Shown: positions 18,781-28,923, counted from the stretch's first letter. The stretch is DNA of 64,000 nt from Parcubacteria group bacterium LiPW_41 (GCA_007375535.1 VMEM01000005.1:7469-71468), one strand, 5' to 3'. Made by a program: numbers and translations. Notes: generated by a model not told the origin, from the letters alone.

Positions 18781-19467
18781 GTGCAGATAAACGAAAACTC
18801 AGTAACTCTCTCTGTTCTCGCTGGTGCAGGAGGGGACGACGCAAAAGATTGGGCAGAAATGCTTCTCAAGATGTACAAAAAAGACGCGGAACGCCGTGGC
18901 TGGAAATGTACAACCATTGATGACGAAATTATTGCGATAAAGGGAGCAGGTGCATATTCTCGACTTCAAAAAGAATCGGGCGTGCATCGATTGGTTCGCA
19001 TCTCTCCTTTTGATTCAAAAAAACTCCGCCATACCTCGTTTGCATTAGTTGAAGTACTTCCCGAAATTCCAGAAGTTGAATCTCGTAACATTCAGATACC
19101 AGAAAAAGATTTAAAAGTTGAATTTACTCGTGCAGGCGGTCCAGGCGGACAAAATGTAAATAAGGTAGAAACTGCAGTCCGAATGGTGCATCTTCCAACA
19201 GGTGTGGTAACTGCATCACGCGAAGAACGCTCTCAGGCAGCAAATCGTGACAGGGCACTTAATATGATGAAAGCAAAGTTGGTGCAACTTGCAGAGGCAC
19301 AACACACTAAGGATATCGCAAGCTTGAAAGTAAAAGTAAAACCAGAATGGGGACACGAAATCCGCTCATATGTCTTGCATCCATACAAACAGGTAAAAGA
19401 TCATAAAACAGGAAATAAAATAACAAAGGTAGACGAATTCCTCGCCGGAAATATTGATCTTCTCTAA
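18781..19467 (+). CDS. prfB: Peptide chain release factor 2-like, lacking the N-terminal domain
   Basis: [36 protein letters not shown]; only 228 aa. Confidence 0.85.
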   Translation: MQINENSVTLSVLAGAGGDDAKDWAEMLLKMYKKDAERRGWKCTTIDDEIIAIKGAGAYSRLQKESGVHRLVRISPFDSKKLRHTSFALVEVLPEIPEVESRNIQIPEKDLKVEFTRAGGPGGQNVNKVETAVRMVHLPTGVVTASREERSQAANRDRALNMMKAKLVQLAEAQHTKDIASLKVKVKPEWGHEIRSYVLHPYKQVKDHKTGNKITKVDEFLAGNIDLL

Positions 19468-19575
19468 TTTTCGATTTTATATTTTTCCCTTTTTTGATAT
19501 TTGAATTTGTTTAGAATTTAGTGTTTCGATATTAGAGTTTTTACCGTCGTAGATTGTATGTTGTATAGTTTATTT

Positions 19576-20025
19576 ATGTACCCTATTGAATCATGTAATG
19601 AAGCATCAAATAAAATAGTACCCCCATCTCCAGAAGATATTTTGATATATAGGAATTCATTCTATTTTCAGTATCCTAAACTTTCATTTTTCGTTAGTCT
19701 TCTTTCCTTTTTCCCATTTGGTCTTTTTCTTCGTTCAATGATCATGAATGAAGAATATATGAAAACGTGTCCAGAACAAAAAAGAAATCTTTACACATTT
19801 TTTACTTCAGCGCTTTATACATTTACTGTATTCTTTTTTATTGCGGTGATATTTATGATTGTGTCTTTTTCATATAGTAATACATGGGTTGTCTCAGCAT
19901 TAGGTGCAATATGCTCATATATTTGTTATCTCTTATTTGGATTTCTTTATCGCTATCACAACAAGATTTTATTTGTGAAGCATCCCGCAGTAGCTCGAGC
20001 AAATGGTAGAGAGATAGAAAATTGA
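19576..20025 (+). CDS. Hypothetical membrane protein
   Basis: Three hydrophobic segments; TATAGT 6 nt before ATG. Confidence 0.65.
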   Translation: MYPIESCNEASNKIVPPSPEDILIYRNSFYFQYPKLSFFVSLLSFFPFGLFLRSMIMNEEYMKTCPEQKRNLYTFFTSALYTFTVFFFIAVIFMIVSFSYSNTWVVSALGAICSYICYLLFGFLYRYHNKILFVKHPAVARANGREIEN

Positions 20026-20051
20026 AAATCCCCGCATAAGCGGGGATTGAA

Positions 20052-20435
20052 TTATCTCTTTCTCTTTTTTATCAGGGTTAACTTACAGTGGTAGGGATCA
20101 ACAACAAAAATGCACTTGTTTTTTCCTTTAATTTTTTCGAACACAAGAAAGCTATGCTCGATTTGAGCAGGTGAATTTCGAAGCTGATTCTTGAATTTTG
20201 ATTCAGGAATTTGATCAAAGCCAACTCCTCGAAGTACACATCTACCCATCTCAACTGGGTCAAGTATGCGAACATTATATACTTTTCCAATCTTAAGCTT
20301 CATTCTAACAAATGAAGCACATCCAGGTGTTCTTTTAAATCTACTCAGTGGAATAGTTAACACTGCGGAAGGGAAGACGCGTGATTGTAGTGACAGTCTT
20401 CTGTTATTTAAAAATGAATATGCATAAAGCGCCAT
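20052..20435 (-). CDS. Family-A ORFan paralogue (basic)
   Basis: AVLTIPLSRFKRTPGC, GKVYNVRILDP, GVGFDQIPESKF, CIFVVDP; AGGAGG SD. Confidence 0.82.
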   Translation of the reverse strand: MALYAYSFLNNRRLSLQSRVFPSAVLTIPLSRFKRTPGCASFVRMKLKIGKVYNVRILDPVEMGRCVLRGVGFDQIPESKFKNQLRNSPAQIEHSFLVFEKIKGKNKCIFVVDPYHCKLTLIKKRKR

Positions 20436-20589
20436 TGTGGCCTCCTTTTGTGGTGTTGTAAAAGATAACCTGACTATGCAATAAAACCCTCATTTTTGCA
20501 AGGAAAAGAGGGGAGAATTGGATACTTGCAAAATGGCGATATATGTGGTATAATTCAACCATTCTTTAACTTATTAATAGGAGACTCAA

Positions 20590-21027
20590 ATGAGAATCTT
20601 TGGATTAACCGCAAACTGGTTCAAGGCCCCAATCATTGTTGTGGTGGCTGAAAGTTTTCAAGCAGCACTCGAATTAAGTAAAGGGGCACTCAATAATGCC
20701 TTGTTGCCGTGGAGTGAGCCGAATGTAAAAGTTCTCTGGTCGTTTGAAACAACTTATTCATTGCCGACGGTAATGGAAATTCTCAAACCTGACTCAGACT
20801 CTTCAACTCGCATCTTGAAATGCATTGAACATAATTTTGTCCAATCTGAAAAAATCGGCGCAGGACCGAATGCGCGAATTTTTGTCTATTTAAACAGAAT
20901 GGAAATGTTTCCATATCTGTGTTCGTTCACACGGGATGGCTGGGTCGTTGATCCATCAACTGAGATGGACGAAGATGTAAGAAACGAAATTAAAAAATTT
21001 CTCAACGACAAATATCCAATCGGTTAA
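20590..21027 (+). CDS. Hypothetical protein
   Basis: TTGCAA..TGGTATAAT promoter, AGGAG SD. Confidence 0.7.
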   Translation: MRIFGLTANWFKAPIIVVVAESFQAALELSKGALNNALLPWSEPNVKVLWSFETTYSLPTVMEILKPDSDSSTRILKCIEHNFVQSEKIGAGPNARIFVYLNRMEMFPYLCSFTRDGWVVDPSTEMDEDVRNEIKKFLNDKYPIG

Positions 21028-21036
21028 GGAGACAAA

Positions 21037-21720
21037 ATGAAATTAAAAGATTTCACTTACGAAATTTACCTTGCGATCTTGGATATTTATATCGAAGTTT
21101 GCGGTGGTCAATATTTGGCTAATTCGTTAAAAAACGAAACCAAATACAATGATCTTATTTCTGAGTTTGAATCTCGCTCGTCAATCGAACGAAGATTTGG
21201 ATCAAACCTTTGTAGTTTTTCGAAGCTCTGGATTCGCAGGGATTGGGATGACACACTAACCTTCTCATTTGATTCAAAACTTACCTCTGCAGAACGAAGA
21301 CGTCTTGCTGTGCGAGAAAAAGAAATGACGGAAAAATTCAATGCTCGAATTTCCGAATTTCTCACGACTCGTGATTTGTTTCAGAAGATTGAACAAGTAG
21401 ACAGGCATCAATTTAGCTGTAAAAACTATTACATGTTTGGTTTCAACTATAACGGTGGAACACCAGACGAAGTAATTGTTGAAAAACCAACATCAATTGA
21501 TGATAATACAATTCTTTTTCACTTTGATTATGGACACAAATCCCTTAGTGAATATATTAAAAAGGAAAATATCATTGCTGTTGGCGATGAAGACGGCGCT
21601 TTTGAAGTTGCTGGCTGGAACGGTAGATATTCCGTTCTGAACAAGCAAGAATTTCTTAAGCTTATTCAATCTGGCGCACTTGAAATCAAGAAGTGTCACG
21701 GTTTTGTAGAAGTTGATTGA
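21037..21720 (+). CDS. Hypothetical protein
   Basis: AAGGAG SD; terminator 21729-21755. Confidence 0.7.
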   Translation: MKLKDFTYEIYLAILDIYIEVCGGQYLANSLKNETKYNDLISEFESRSSIERRFGSNLCSFSKLWIRRDWDDTLTFSFDSKLTSAERRRLAVREKEMTEKFNARISEFLTTRDLFQKIEQVDRHQFSCKNYYMFGFNYNGGTPDEVIVEKPTSIDDNTILFHFDYGHKSLSEYIKKENIIAVGDEDGAFEVAGWNGRYSVLNKQEFLKLIQSGALEIKKCHGFVEVD

Positions 21721-21957
21721 TAATTTTAACCCCCGCAATTGCGGGGTGTTTTTTTCTTCCATTTTTTAATTGATTAATTGGATATTGATTGAAAATTGCA
21801 AAATTATAATTGTAAATTCTCCCTCTATTCAAAATCCGAAATTCGTCATTCTTAATTACTTTCTAGCTTTTGCGTTTCACTTTTGATGTTTGCATTTTGA
21901 ACTTTGCACTTCTTGTCGTATACTTCTACTGCATATCAATTCAGAATTTATCATTTA

Positions 21958-23154
21958 ATGCAGAATTTACACAAACAGTTAAAGGATCATTTCGGCTACG
22001 ACACATTCCGTCCACATCAAGAAGAAGTTATTCGCTCAATATTAGAAGGAAAAGATACAATGGCCTTGCTTCCTACGGGTGCGGGAAAATCATTGTGTTA
22101 TCAACTTCCTGCAATGATGTTCCCAGGGATAACGGTGGTGGTGTCTCCCTTAATTGCCCTTATGAAGGATCAGGTGGGTGCCCTAAAAACTGCAGGACTT
22201 CCGGCGGCATATTTGAATAGCAGTATGGGAAAAAAAGAAGAGCGGTTGGTGATGAATGCAATTGATAAGAAAGAAGTGAAGTTGTTGTATGTTGCCCCAG
22301 AACGATTGCTTAAACCAGATTTTCTAGGGTTTATGGCAGGGAGAGATATTTCTCTTATTGCGATTGATGAGGCGCATTGTATTTCAGAATGGGGTCATGA
22401 CTTTCGTCCTGAATACAGAAATTTATATACTATTAGGCAACATTGGAGTGGAGTTCCTGTCATTGCACTCACCGCAACAGCAACGCGAAAGGTTCGTGAA
22501 GATATCGTTCGCCAACTTGCATTTAGCGGACATACATCAGTAACGGGAAGTTTTAATCGTCCAAATTTATATTATGAAATTCGCGCAAAAGACAATGCAT
22601 TCTATGATATGTTGGATTATCTTGAGCGAAACAAGAAACATTCGGGAATTATTTATTGTCATAGCAGAGCATCTGCAGAACGTGTTGCAGAAGAATTAAC
22701 GCGCGATGGGGTTGAAGCGCTTCCATATCATGCGGGACTTACCACAAAAGAACGTACCGCAAATCAAGAACTATTTATGAGGGGTGGAGTGCGAGTTATT
22801 ACTGCAACAATTGCATTTGGTATGGGAATTGATAAATCAGATATTCGATTCGTATTCCATTATGATCTTCCAAAAAATATTGAAGGGTATTATCAAGAAA
22901 CAGGGAGAGCGGGGAGAGACGGAAAACCATCAAACTGTATTTTGTTTTATAGTCCACGCGATTTAATGAAACATCAATATTTCATAGATCAGATGGCGAA
23001 CCGAGGACGTGCTGCAGTGTGTGAAGCACAACTCAATGCAATCTCAACATTTTGTACTTCATATCGGTGTAGGCGTGGAATGATGCTTCAATATTTTGGC
23101 GAACAACCAAAACTCTCTAACTGTGGTGGTTGCGACATCTGCTCCCCTCGCTAA
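21958..23154 (+). CDS. recQ: RecQ helicase, short form ending after the Zn-binding module
   Basis: PTGAGKSLCYQ, DEAHCISEWGHDFRP, QETGRAGRDG, CRR...CGGCDIC. Confidence 0.92.
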   Translation: MQNLHKQLKDHFGYDTFRPHQEEVIRSILEGKDTMALLPTGAGKSLCYQLPAMMFPGITVVVSPLIALMKDQVGALKTAGLPAAYLNSSMGKKEERLVMNAIDKKEVKLLYVAPERLLKPDFLGFMAGRDISLIAIDEAHCISEWGHDFRPEYRNLYTIRQHWSGVPVIALTATATRKVREDIVRQLAFSGHTSVTGSFNRPNLYYEIRAKDNAFYDMLDYLERNKKHSGIIYCHSRASAERVAEELTRDGVEALPYHAGLTTKERTANQELFMRGGVRVITATIAFGMGIDKSDIRFVFHYDLPKNIEGYYQETGRAGRDGKPSNCILFYSPRDLMKHQYFIDQMANRGRAAVCEAQLNAISTFCTSYRCRRGMMLQYFGEQPKLSNCGGCDICSPR

Positions 23155-23257
23155 ATTCAATTGAAACTTGAAATTTGTAAATTGAAATTTAACTTGCGCA
23201 TTCGCGCAAGTTATTGTATTATATTTTCATTCATTCACAATCAAATAGAGGTAGGAA

Positions 23258-24109
23258 ATGGCAGCACGAAACGTAAGAAAGGTTGTAGATCCAAGCTTTC
23301 TATTCCAGAACTTTCTGTATTTAATCAATAAAGGAAAAGAATATAAGCCTAGTCCAACAGAACTTGAGAATCTCAAAGATCTCAGATATCTATTATCCAA
23401 GCAACTCCTCATTAAAATTCGAGGAATTCGAGATCTTCCCAGCGATATCCCAATTCCAATAATTAATTTCTTTCCGGTAATGGAAGAGATTATTAATAAG
23501 GACAGACGAATGTTGCAGTTCATGTGTGACGGAACCGCACTTCTCTTAGAATATGGATGTTTGTCCAATAATACTCTCGAAACATTGATTGTTGGTCTTT
23601 TAAAAAGAGCAATTGATATAATTCCTTCTGATGCGACGATACAATGGGATGTGTCTGAGCCAATATACATAAAACCGCTCGGTCATCGGATAATTATCCG
23701 TCTTGATATCCCTGATATACTTGTTTCGGATCTTTGGCAGTATGTTAAGAAAAATTTCCCATCTGCAAAAGATTTGAATTTTATAACTCAAAACGGTTTT
23801 TCTGCTGTTGTTGACGAAAATGATGTTGATCGGTTTTATGACGTTTTGGAAAAATTTGCAAAAGAACGCGATATTGCATTTGGTAATCATTCAAACGAAA
23901 AACTAACATTCGGCGACTTAAAAACTGGTGACATTTTTGTCAGTTTTCCAACTCCTGGTGACAATTCCGGTCATGGGGGATATCTTGGTGAACATTATTC
24001 GTTTGTGAAAATTGAAGAAGATGAAGCGGGAAATAATGCAGAACGCGCAATAAATTCAAAAATGCGCTCTCGTTTTCTCCCAAGTTTCCTAGTCCTTAAA
24101 ATTGCTTAA
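23258..24109 (+). CDS. Hypothetical protein
   Basis: 283-aa ORF with GAGG SD; upstream module shared with 9069. Confidence 0.72.
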   Translation: MAARNVRKVVDPSFLFQNFLYLINKGKEYKPSPTELENLKDLRYLLSKQLLIKIRGIRDLPSDIPIPIINFFPVMEEIINKDRRMLQFMCDGTALLLEYGCLSNNTLETLIVGLLKRAIDIIPSDATIQWDVSEPIYIKPLGHRIIIRLDIPDILVSDLWQYVKKNFPSAKDLNFITQNGFSAVVDENDVDRFYDVLEKFAKERDIAFGNHSNEKLTFGDLKTGDIFVSFPTPGDNSGHGGYLGEHYSFVKIEEDEAGNNAERAINSKMRSRFLPSFLVLKIA

Positions 24110-24113
24110 TAAA

Positions 24114-24150
24114 AATCCCGCTAGTCTATAAACTAGCGGGGGATTTTTTT
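24114..24150. terminator. Long-stem terminator family member
   Basis: CCCGCTAGT-CTATAA-ACTAGCGGG; homologues at 60254, 61473, 47160, 12607. Confidence 0.7.
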
Positions 24151-24156
24151 ATATTG

Positions 24157-25392
24157 CTATTTTCCATCTCCGTTTTTTTCAATGATTCCGCGGTTTATCC
24201 AGAGTAAAAGGAATGGTCGATTAAGAATCTCTTCTTTTCGTGGAATACGAAATTTTGTGGTGACGGTGATGTTGAAGAATTGAACAGGAACAATAAGATC
24301 AGCTCCAACCTGTTTTGGCTCTCCGCACAATTCATATGCATTCGACCCTTCGGGTGCGACTTTAATTATGTCGTTTAGTGTATATCGCAAGAATGGGGAA
24401 CAATGTGTGTGGACAATGAGGTCAACCACGTCACCAATTTTTTCATGTGTCCTCACAAGATACATTGGTTCGTTGGTATCAATTGTTTTTTCTTTCGGAT
24501 ACTGGGTAAACAATTTGTCTCGCCTTCGCATAAGAGCAAAAAATGATATAGGAATTGATTTCCTGTTTGCGATAAGTCCATCACCAATTTCATCTAATGG
24601 ATCAATGCTTAATTCAACAACTTCCTCTTTTGTATCGTTGCAGACCACAACAGTACCTTGTGATAAATCGTGTACTGTTTCAATTGTCGTCATAATTCCT
24701 AATTCATGATCTGCATATCTGCTTACTCCTCCAAGACGGAGGAAAAGAATTGTAGGTTCATCAGGAAAGTCACACTGCTTTTCAGAAAATAAATTTACTC
24801 CATTTCGATCTTTTATTTCCAGTTGAAGTATCCTTTTTTGTGCTATTTCTGATTTTCTATTTCGCATCGCATAGTACGATGAAAATGTGTAATGACTATC
24901 GAGAAACTTTCGAGTATCTGGCCCAAATAGTGCTGCAAGCAACGGATCGCGTGCAGCATTTTTGTATTCAATTGGTTCACCAAAAAGGTGAGAGGGGAAT
25001 GTATCACGATATTCATCAAATGGAATTATTGAAACAGGTCCATAATTTCCATTGATAAGGTTAAGAAATTCAGTCCGAGAAACTGATGGCAATCCATCAC
25101 TTCCTTGTTTTTCTGAGGCACTTTCAGCCCATTCCAGTATTCGTTTTTTACTTGTAAGTGGTCCGAGGTGATGAGCGACAACAATAAGTCGTTTCCCATT
25201 ATGTTTTCCAAATACAAGTATTGAATGTGGGGTGAGAGGGGTTCTCCAGGAAAAATGTGAAATAAGATCGTGCGCACGGATGGATGCAAGATCCATAAGT
25301 GTTGCGACCCTTCCCTTTAACTCTTCCGCCAATCGTGTAACGCACAAGAATGCACTACAGATATTTTTAATGTGAATTGCATAATTTTTCAC
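24157..25392 (-). CDS. Hypothetical protein
   Basis: 411-aa ORF, AAGGAG SD, GTG start. Confidence 0.72.
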   Translation of the reverse strand: MKNYAIHIKNICSAFLCVTRLAEELKGRVATLMDLASIRAHDLISHFSWRTPLTPHSILVFGKHNGKRLIVVAHHLGPLTSKKRILEWAESASEKQGSDGLPSVSRTEFLNLINGNYGPVSIIPFDEYRDTFPSHLFGEPIEYKNAARDPLLAALFGPDTRKFLDSHYTFSSYYAMRNRKSEIAQKRILQLEIKDRNGVNLFSEKQCDFPDEPTILFLRLGGVSRYADHELGIMTTIETVHDLSQGTVVVCNDTKEEVVELSIDPLDEIGDGLIANRKSIPISFFALMRRRDKLFTQYPKEKTIDTNEPMYLVRTHEKIGDVVDLIVHTHCSPFLRYTLNDIIKVAPEGSNAYELCGEPKQVGADLIVPVQFFNITVTTKFRIPRKEEILNRPFLLLWINRGIIEKNGDGK

Positions 25393-25574
25393 GTATCTCT
25401 CCTTTATTTATTGTTGTAAATGATAAACAAATAATACAACAATTCTGCTATTTAGGCAATAGCAGAGACTCAAAATGTTTAAAACATTTGTATTTTGTAT
25501 TTGTTTAGGATTTCGATATTAGGATTTAGAGTTTTATTCGAAATTCAAAGTTCGTCATTCAACATTAAACTGTC

Positions 25575-26312
25575 CTACGGACAGTTTTCTGCCTTTCTAA
25601 ACCCTGCCTCTATTGCGTCATCTTCAAAGCAAAAATACTGCTCTCCCTTTCGCGTGTCCACTTTTGTCTTTTCATAATTGTCACATCCTGGGACGAGATA
25701 TGTTTTTCCAAATCCTTTTTCTGAGATGTTTCCCTTTATATTACATTCAGGAAATGGGGGACCAAGATCAATTTCTCTTTCTTCGTTTGCTGGTATGTTT
25801 GATGCAGTTTTACACGCACCCCAAATTCCTTTTCCTGCCTTTTTTGCTTCTGCTTCTGCGGTCGCAAGGAGATCTTTATACCTGCTATCAGGAGATTGTT
25901 GCTCTCGTACCGCGTATCCATTCCGAACAAGCGCCTCATTAATTAAAAGATTATCTTCCGTTGCACTCATGCTTGGAAGAATTGCATAGCGAAGTAATCG
26001 TCCATATTCATCAGTTCCCGAAATGTCTTTCTCAAGTTTTACTTTTTTGTTTTCAATAAGCGATTTTAAATATTCAGTTGAACTTGCAAAATAGCACTCT
26101 TTCTCTTCTGGTGCGTTTATTCCAATAAGTCGAATTTTTGGTCCATCTTGAATGGTAAATGTGTCACCATCAATAACTTTGGAAACAAGTTGTGCATCCA
26201 TATCAACCGCATAGGGGACTGGTTCTCCATTGTCTTTCACTATCTTGTATCCAGTGAGTCCCAAGGCCGCCATAAGCGCCACAATTGCAGCAATCACCGC
26301 TGTTTTGTTCAT
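25575..26312 (-). CDS. Thermonuclease (SNase) family with C-terminal Cys/metal domain
   Basis: VIDGDT, RLIGINAPE, DEYGRLL, GKGIW; CNIKGNIS...AGFRKA. Confidence 0.9.
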   Translation of the reverse strand: MNKTAVIAAIVALMAALGLTGYKIVKDNGEPVPYAVDMDAQLVSKVIDGDTFTIQDGPKIRLIGINAPEEKECYFASSTEYLKSLIENKKVKLEKDISGTDEYGRLLRYAILPSMSATEDNLLINEALVRNGYAVREQQSPDSRYKDLLATAEAEAKKAGKGIWGACKTASNIPANEEREIDLGPPFPECNIKGNISEKGFGKTYLVPGCDNYEKTKVDTRKGEQYFCFEDDAIEAGFRKAENCP

Positions 26313-26412
26313 ATATTCATTATAGACTACGATTTCTCTCAATTTTTAGCATACTTGAAATATCTATAATATGTGTTATAATATTTATATTAAAAATTTA
26401 ATAGGGGTGTTA

Positions 26413-26913
26413 ATGAATCTCAATAGATTAGTGGTTGTTGTCATTGATATGCAAAAACATTTTTTAAAAAATGTCCCAAAAAATGATCGGGAGAAAATGA
26501 TTAATAACCAAGTTGCGATATTGCGAAAGTGTAAGAAGAAAAATATCCCGTGCATTATTGTTAGATTTGATAAATATGCAAAAACAATCTCGCAATTAAC
26601 AAATGTTGCATATTCATTGAACAGAATATTTGTAGTTGAAAAGTCTCGTGATAATGCATTTAATAATTCTCTTTTTGTTGATATTCTTGAAATTCTTGAT
26701 TGTGATTCAATTTTCTTTTTTGGTGTAAATGCTTCTGGTTGTGTTTGGAAAACGGCAGCTACAGCAAAAAATAAGGGATACAAGATTTATACACACAAAG
26801 AGACAATTGCAAATGATGAACAGGGTTTTTTATCGTCAGATCATCCATTTGTCACTTGGTTTACTCGCATGGGTGTTTATTTCACAAATTCAAATCCATC
26901 AGAACTATTCTAA
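26413..26913 (+). CDS. Isochorismatase/cysteine hydrolase family
   Basis: VVIDMQ, KxxxNAF, GVNASGCVxxTA. Confidence 0.85.
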   Translation: MNLNRLVVVVIDMQKHFLKNVPKNDREKMINNQVAILRKCKKKNIPCIIVRFDKYAKTISQLTNVAYSLNRIFVVEKSRDNAFNNSLFVDILEILDCDSIFFFGVNASGCVWKTAATAKNKGYKIYTHKETIANDEQGFLSSDHPFVTWFTRMGVYFTNSNPSELF

Positions 26914-26951
26914 CCCCCACCTCGGGGGTCTTTTTTTGCTATAATAAATTT

Positions 26952-27368
26952 GTGAGAATTGAGTGGAAACCAGAGTATAGTGTTGGAATAAAACTTATTG
27001 ATGAACAACATCAAAATTTTTTTCGAATCGTAAATAATATTTTTGGTCTCGTTGAAGGAAAACAAGAATCTCACGATAATTTAAAAAAAGCGATTTTTGA
27101 TCTCTCTGACTATGCGCTTTATCACCTCACTACCGAAGAAGAATATTTTGAGAAGTTTGATTATCCAGACTCGATTCACCATAAAGAAATTCATGATCTA
27201 TTCCGAAAAAAGATGATGGTCTATGTTCAAGCAATACAGAATGATGTTCATTCAGATAAAAACTTAGTGGTAGAAGTTGTAGGGTTTGCTGGAAATTGGC
27301 TTGCAGATCATATTCTTCGAATGGACAAAAAATATACTGAGACATTCAGACTTCATGGTTTGATATAA
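26952..27368 (+). CDS. Bacteriohemerythrin
   Basis: WxxxYSVG..IDEQH, HxxxEE, HxxxH, HILxMD. Confidence 0.9.
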   Translation: MRIEWKPEYSVGIKLIDEQHQNFFRIVNNIFGLVEGKQESHDNLKKAIFDLSDYALYHLTTEEEYFEKFDYPDSIHHKEIHDLFRKKMMVYVQAIQNDVHSDKNLVVEVVGFAGNWLADHILRMDKKYTETFRLHGLI

Positions 27369-27399
27369 ACAAAAACATCCCCGCATTCGCGGGGATTTT

Positions 27400-28014
27400 T
27401 TATGCATTATATTCTGCAAGTTTTAATTTTAGTGAATTAAGTATTTTAGAATGAATCTGTGAAACTCGCGCGACGGTAATACTGAGTACCTGCGCAATTT
27501 CTTTATAATTCAAGTCCTCATAATAATACAAGGAAAGAATTGTTTGTTCGCGTTCACTTAAATCCCTGATCAAATCAAGAAGTTTTTGTTTTAAATCCTT
27601 CTTTTCAAGAATCTGTTCTGAACCAGTAGGAAGCGCTGTAGGAATCATTTCATACATTCCCAAATCATCTTCTTTAAACTCTTTTTTTGTTTCATCTACT
27701 GTTTCTCCAGTTTCAAGATTTGGTAAGTTGTGATATTTTCGCAACTCATCATAAATACTTCCTCGTATGCGTTGTATTGCATATGTCTCGAACCTCGTTC
27801 CGTATTCAGGATCAAAGCGTTCGATTGCTTCGCTTAAACCTTGGATACCAAATTGAAATAAATCACGCCTATCAAGTAATGCACTTTCAATTTGGAAAAT
27901 CTTTGTTTTATGAATCACGTAATGAACGAGATTCACATAATTGAGTACCAGCTGTTTTTTAAGTTCTGCAGTTGGATTTTCCTTGTATTGTTTCCACAAC
28001 TCGGCGTTACTCAT
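27400..28014 (-). CDS. FliA/WhiG-type (sigma28-like) sigma factor, region 3 apparently reduced
   Basis: GLxEAIERFDP...FETYAxxRIRGSIxDELR; LYYYEDLNYKEIA...RVSQIHSK; AGGAGG SD. Confidence 0.85.
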   Translation of the reverse strand: MSNAELWKQYKENPTAELKKQLVLNYVNLVHYVIHKTKIFQIESALLDRRDLFQFGIQGLSEAIERFDPEYGTRFETYAIQRIRGSIYDELRKYHNLPNLETGETVDETKKEFKEDDLGMYEMIPTALPTGSEQILEKKDLKQKLLDLIRDLSEREQTILSLYYYEDLNYKEIAQVLSITVARVSQIHSKILNSLKLKLAEYNA

Positions 28015-28227
28015 CTCAAACCTCCTTTTTAAAGATTGTTATTCTCACGGTACAACTTTATCTATAAATCGTCAATATTAAGAAATTGCGACAATTTTTC
28101 TAGTTTTTATAAAAAAAATGTGCTATATTTATTAAAACAAAAGGAAATAGAGCATCTAAGCGCTCTTTTTTTCTGAGTTTTAGGTATTTATCACAAATAC
28201 TTACCACTAAATACGTAATACTATCAG

Positions 28228-28911
28228 ATGATTATTTTCCAAAATGTAACCAAAAACTACAATCATGGCGTTACTGCTCTTGATAAAGTTAGTTTTAAAA
28301 TACAACCAGGAGAATTTGTCTCCATTGTTGGGCGTTCGGGAGCAGGAAAATCAACAATAATAAAACTCCTTATTGGAGAAGAGAAACCAACCAAAGGTCA
28401 GGTTTTTTTTGGTTCATATGAGGTAAACAAGATAAAAGACAAGGAACTCCCAGAACTTCGTCGTCATATTGGTGTTATTTTCCAAGACTTCCGCCTTTTA
28501 GCGAAGAAAACAGTGTTTGAAAACGTTGCATTTGCACTTGAGGTATCGGGCCGCCCTCAATCAGAAATTAATGAATTTGTTCCGCAGGTACTTGATATGG
28601 TTGGACTGAAAGACAAGGGAAGAAATTTCCCTGCAGAACTTTCTGGTGGAGAGCGTCAACGCACTGCAATTGCACGCGCGATGATAAATCGTCCTGACGT
28701 ATTAATCGCTGATGAGCCAACGGGAAACCTTGATCCATTTAATACATGGGAAGTGGTAAAATTATTAACGAAGATTAATGAGTTGGGAAGCACAGTGCTT
28801 CTCGCAACCCATGATAAAGACATTGTGAACACGCTTGGACAACGCGTAATCACTGTGGAAGACGGACGAGTGATAAAAGATGAGGCAAATGGACGATTTA
28901 TTTTGGAGTAA
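28228..28911 (+). CDS. ftsE: Cell division ATP-binding protein FtsE
   Basis: GRSGAGKST, FQDFRLL, LSGGE, DEPTGNLD; followed by ftsX. Confidence 0.93.
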   Translation: MIIFQNVTKNYNHGVTALDKVSFKIQPGEFVSIVGRSGAGKSTIIKLLIGEEKPTKGQVFFGSYEVNKIKDKELPELRRHIGVIFQDFRLLAKKTVFENVAFALEVSGRPQSEINEFVPQVLDMVGLKDKGRNFPAELSGGERQRTAIARAMINRPDVLIADEPTGNLDPFNTWEVVKLLTKINELGSTVLLATHDKDIVNTLGQRVITVEDGRVIKDEANGRFILE

Positions 28912-28923
28912 TTATAAAATCTG

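Noticed and set aside
18702-18920. Frameshifted N-terminal part of prfB
   Set aside because: Begins in heptamer repeat DNA, shows no RF2 similarity, no slippery site
19-20435. Diversity-generating retroelement explaining family A
   Set aside because: No reverse transcriptase or TR/VR pair; divergence spans whole proteins
21958-23154. recQ as truncated pseudogene
   Set aside because: All helicase motifs and Zn ligands intact with a clean stop; short RecQ forms are known
6300-24150. Integron cassette array
   Set aside because: No integrase or attC-like structure recognised; units lie on both strands with own promoters among core genes
1-25400. Prophage because of ORFan density
   Set aside because: No terminase, capsid, portal or integrase motifs; housekeeping genes interspersed
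1970-25560. CRISPR array suggested by recurring intergenic repeats
   Set aside because: Repeats are degenerate and dispersed, with no regular repeat-spacer period; no cas genes seen
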